Shown here: in pieces, positions 61,438 through 64,000 of the stretch
How the letters are laid out: every line of letters starts with the position of its first letter
How positions within the stretch are numbered: position 1 is the first letter of the stretch
Assembly: GCA_035699445.1 (NCBI GenBank)
Contig: DASSPX010000031.1
Coordinates: 10,570-74,569 of the forward strand
Length of the DNA: 64,000 nt
Source: Candidatus Limnocylindrales bacterium
GTDB lineage: Bacteria > Chloroflexota > Limnocylindria > Limnocylindrales > CSP1-4
Direction: 5' to 3'
Made by a program: the position numbers and the translations under genes
The notes under the pieces: generated by a model
Seen by the model: the letters and a program-made list of their open reading frames with translations, nothing else
Told to the model about the DNA's origin: nothing
The model's database searches: none

Positions 61438-62441
61438 CCGCGGCCGTTGCGCGGCTCGCCCGCTGGGAGATCCTGCTCGGGCTCGTGCTCCTGGCGCTGC
61501 TCGGCGTCGGGCAGGCAATGTCCGCGGTGTTCCTCACCCCGCGCAACGTCGCGAACCTCACGGCGGCCCTCATCGAGGTCGCGATCATGGCGCTCCCGCT
61601 CGCGCTGATCGTCATCGCGGGCGAGATCGACCTGTCCGTCGAGTCGATGGTCGGTCTCGCCTGTGCGCTGCTCGGGTTCCTGTGGGCGGCCGGCGTGCCG
61701 CTCGAGGCCGGCATCCCGATCGTCCTCGTCGTCGGGGCCCTCGGGGGGCTGCTCAACGGCGTGCTCGTCACGGGCTTCGGCCTGCCATCGCTCGTGGTCA
61801 CGATCGGCACGCTCGCGCTGTTCCGCGGGCTCGCCCTGGTCGTCCTCGGGCCGCAGGGGGTGAGCGGCTTCCCGGACGCGTTCACGACGTTCGGGTTCGG
61901 GACCGTCCCCGGCACGCCGATCCCGTGGCCGGCGCTCGTCTTCCTTCCGCTCGCCGTGATCCTCGGCGTCGTCCTGCACGCGACCTGGATCGGGCGCCAG
62001 ATCTACGCCGTCGGCAAGAACGCGAGCGCGGCCCGCTTCTCGGGGGTCCGCGTCCTCAGGCTCAAGCTCGCGCTGTTCGTCCTCTCGGGCACGATCGCAG
62101 CCCTCGCGGGGGTCATCCTGACGGCCCGATTCGCGAGCGCTCGCGCGGACGTCGGCCAGGGGATGACGCTCACGGTCGTCACCGTCGTTCTCCTGGGCGG
62201 CGTGAACATCTTCGGCGGTCGCGGGACGATCCCGGGGGTCGTCCTCGCCGCCCTCACCCTCGCCGTGCTGGGCAACGTGCTCCGGCTCGGCAACGTCTCG
62301 GCCGAGATCCAGAGCATCGCGATCGGCGCGCTGCTCGTCGTCTCGGTCGTGATCCCCAACCTCGCTCACCAGGTCCAGGCCCTCTATCGCCGCGTTCGGG
62401 GAGGCCGGCACCTGCCGGCCGGCGCGGTGGGCACCGGGTGA
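61434..62441 (+). CDS. sugar ABC transporter permease (second)
   Basis: ATGA overlap with the previous permease. Paralogous sequence ('GEIDLSVESMVGL', 'GGVNIFGGRGT'). Confidence 0.85.
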   Translation: MTAAVARLARWEILLGLVLLALLGVGQAMSAVFLTPRNVANLTAALIEVAIMALPLALIVIAGEIDLSVESMVGLACALLGFLWAAGVPLEAGIPIVLVVGALGGLLNGVLVTGFGLPSLVVTIGTLALFRGLALVVLGPQGVSGFPDAFTTFGFGTVPGTPIPWPALVFLPLAVILGVVLHATWIGRQIYAVGKNASAARFSGVRVLRLKLALFVLSGTIAALAGVILTARFASARADVGQGMTLTVVTVVLLGGVNIFGGRGTIPGVVLAALTLAVLGNVLRLGNVSAEIQSIAIGALLVVSVVIPNLAHQVQALYRRVRGGRHLPAGAVGTG

Positions 62442-62474
62442 GGCCCAGCCGTCCCAGTGAAGGAGGAGTCCCAG

Positions 62475-63560
62475 ATGACCCATCGATCCCACCGCCTGGT
62501 CGCGCTCGGCGCGGCCGTCGCGCTGCTCGCAGCAGCGTGCGGCTCCGGGGGCGGTTCGTCGCCCGCGGCGTCCGCGCCCGCGAGCGAAGCCCCCGCCGGA
62601 TCGGCGCCCGCGAGCGAAGTCCCGGCAGCGGGCGGGCCGAACGTCGTGTTCATCCCGAAAGCCGTGAACAATCCGTACTTCGACGCCGCTGCCGAGGGCG
62701 CACGGAAGGCGGCCGACGAGCTCGGCGGGCAGTTCACCCAGATCGGCTCGAACAATGCCGTCGCCGCCGAGCAGATCCCGTTCATCCAGGACGCGACCAC
62801 CCAGGGCTACGACGCGATCGTCGTCTCGGCGACCGGCGCCGACGAGGTCGCGCCCGCGCTCAAGGCCGCGATGGATGCGGGCATCAAGGTCGTCGGCTAC
62901 GACTCGAGCCCGGCATCGGGCGCCTACCACGTGTTCGTCAACCAGACGGACTTCAGCCTGATCGGCGGCGCGATGGCCCAGTGGGCGTGCGACCTCGCTC
63001 CCGACTGCACCGGCGAGATCGCGATCCTGTCCGCGACGGCAACCGCGACGAACCAGAACGCATGGATCGCCGACATGGAGGATGCGCTCAAGGACCCGAA
63101 GTTCGCGAACCTGACGCTCGTCGAGACCGTCTACGGCGACGACGACCCGCAGAAGAGCACGACGCAGGCGCAGGGCCTGCTCCAGAAGTACCCGAACCTC
63201 AAGGTGATCGTGGCGCCCACGACCGTGGGCATCCTCGCCGCGGCGCAGGTCGTGAAGCAGGCCGGCGTGTCCGACGCCGTGAAGGTGACCGGTCTCGGTC
63301 TGCCGAACGACATGAAGGAGTTCGTGAAGGACGGGACCACGCCCAAGTTCGGGCTGTGGAGCGTGCCGGACCTCGGCTACCTCGCGTATCACGTCGCGGC
63401 CAAGCTGGTCGCGGGCGAGATCACCGGTGCCGAAGGCGAGACGTTCACGGTGCCCGGCCTGAACGATGACCAGCCGTACACGATCGGCCCGGACAGCGTG
63501 GTCATTCTTGGCCCGCCGTTCGAGTTCACCCCCGAGAACATCGACCAGTTCAACTTCTGA
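62475..63560 (+). CDS. rhamnose-type ABC transporter substrate-binding lipoprotein
   Basis: Lipobox 'LLAAAC'. PBP type-I fold motifs 'VVFIPKAVNNPYFDAA' and 'YDAIVVSA'. AGGAGG lies 8 nt upstream of the ATG at 62475. Confidence 0.85.
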   Translation: MTHRSHRLVALGAAVALLAAACGSGGGSSPAASAPASEAPAGSAPASEVPAAGGPNVVFIPKAVNNPYFDAAAEGARKAADELGGQFTQIGSNNAVAAEQIPFIQDATTQGYDAIVVSATGADEVAPALKAAMDAGIKVVGYDSSPASGAYHVFVNQTDFSLIGGAMAQWACDLAPDCTGEIAILSATATATNQNAWIADMEDALKDPKFANLTLVETVYGDDDPQKSTTQAQGLLQKYPNLKVIVAPTTVGILAAAQVVKQAGVSDAVKVTGLGLPNDMKEFVKDGTTPKFGLWSVPDLGYLAYHVAAKLVAGEITGAEGETFTVPGLNDDQPYTIGPDSVVILGPPFEFTPENIDQFNF

Positions 63561-63582
63561 GCCGTCGCTCGGATGAGCCCCC

Positions 63583-63615
63583 GCCGACCCCGGGGCTCCC
63601 CCACCCGGGGTCGGC
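63583..63615 (+). other. intra-operon hairpin between the binding-protein gene and rhaM
   Basis: GCCGACCCCGGG-gctccccca-CCCGGGGTCGGC (12-bp perfect stem), 23 nt after the stop at 63560. Confidence 0.55.
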
Positions 63616-63633
63616 ACCTGTCCGAGGTGCGCG

Positions 63634-63948
63634 ATGGAACGGATCGGCTTCCGGATGCGCCTCCGGCCCGGCGCGGAGGGCGAGTACCGCCGGCGCCATG
63701 CCGAGGTCTGGCCGGAGCTGCTCGCCGACCTGTCCGCGGCGGGTGCCTCGAACTATTCGATCTTCCTCGACGGAGAGGACCTGTTCGGGTACCTGGAGGT
63801 CGAGGACTTCGAGCGGTTCCGGGCGGCCATGGCCGCGAGCGGGGCGAACGCCCGCTGGCAGCCCGGGATGGCCTCGCTCATCGACCCGTTGACGGACCCG
63901 GCGACTGGCTTCCATCGCCGGATGGACGAGGTATTCCACCTTGATTGA
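63634..63948 (+). CDS. rhaM: L-rhamnose mutarotase
   Basis: 104 aa, collinear with E. coli RhaM/YiiL ('EYRRRHAEVWPELLADL..GASNYSIFLD..EVFHLD'). Confidence 0.9.
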   Translation: MERIGFRMRLRPGAEGEYRRRHAEVWPELLADLSAAGASNYSIFLDGEDLFGYLEVEDFERFRAAMAASGANARWQPGMASLIDPLTDPATGFHRRMDEVFHLD

Positions 63949-64000
63949 GCCGGCGATCCGGTCATCCGCCGCAGGGCGCGCCGTCGAGAGCCGGCAGGGC

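Noticed and set aside
57888-63617. Long minus-strand ORFs (57888..60551, 887 aa; 60280..61518; 61314..63617, 767 aa) opposite the DeoR and ABC transporter genes
   Set aside because: The plus-strand frames have Walker/signature motifs, permease hydrophobicity and lipobox signals. The minus frames are low-complexity shadows.

Overview
This is a 64-kb, very GC-rich bacterial chromosomal segment (by eye roughly 70-75% G+C, not computed). It is densely coding on both strands, and many adjacent genes overlap by ATGA/GTGA at stop and start. The gene content suggests an Actinomycetota-like (possibly Chloroflexota-like) organism: a SigR/RsrA-like ECF pair, a LAL-type LuxR, RhaEW/RhaI/DeoR-type rhamnose genes and a soluble [NiFe]-hydrogenase. 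That taxonomic call is inference only. Gene order, left to right: (1) the 3' part of a soluble group-3-type [NiFe]-hydrogenase operon (gamma, small and large subunits, endopeptidase, HypC), followed by an EamA transporter and a conserved hypothetical; (2) a frameshifted XRE-HTH/nuclease-like gene; (3) dnaG-rpoD on the minus strand; (4) a self-contained PTS-dependent dihydroxyacetone kinase operon (EIIA-like DhaM, HPr, GlpF, DhaK, DhaL, Enzyme I); (5) divergent from it, a DhaL-paralogue / soluble histidine kinase / OmpR regulator / aldehyde dehydrogenase operon; (6) assorted accessory genes (HEXXH orphan, GlxA-type regulator, hydrolase, cyclase-like protein, membrane protein, lipoprotein, S1 protease, LLM oxidoreductase); (7) a Fe3+-type ABC importer with an AraC regulator and two MFS genes; (8) an APH-kinase/class-III-aminotransferase fusion next to a LAL-LuxR regulator and two small coupled genes; (9) an ECF sigma / ZAS anti-sigma / methyltransferase operon divergent from osmC; (10) csp, an MFS gene and a Calx-beta protein flanked by a ~160-bp direct repeat; (11) a rhamnose catabolic/transport locus (rhaM, ABC transporter, DeoR regulator, rhaI, rhaEW, rhaB, lutA) whose lutBC genes are separated from lutA by an opposite-strand ECF-sigma module. 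I recognised no rRNA, tRNA, CRISPR array, transposase or integrase. The observations I rate most interesting are the DhaL-paralogue two-component operon, the twin back-to-back ECF promoters, the repeat-flanked Calx-beta gene with a duplicated unknown domain, the split lutABC, and the kinase/phospho-lyase-type fusion. All coordinates and motif counts were derived by hand from the sequence and the ORF track. No database search was run.
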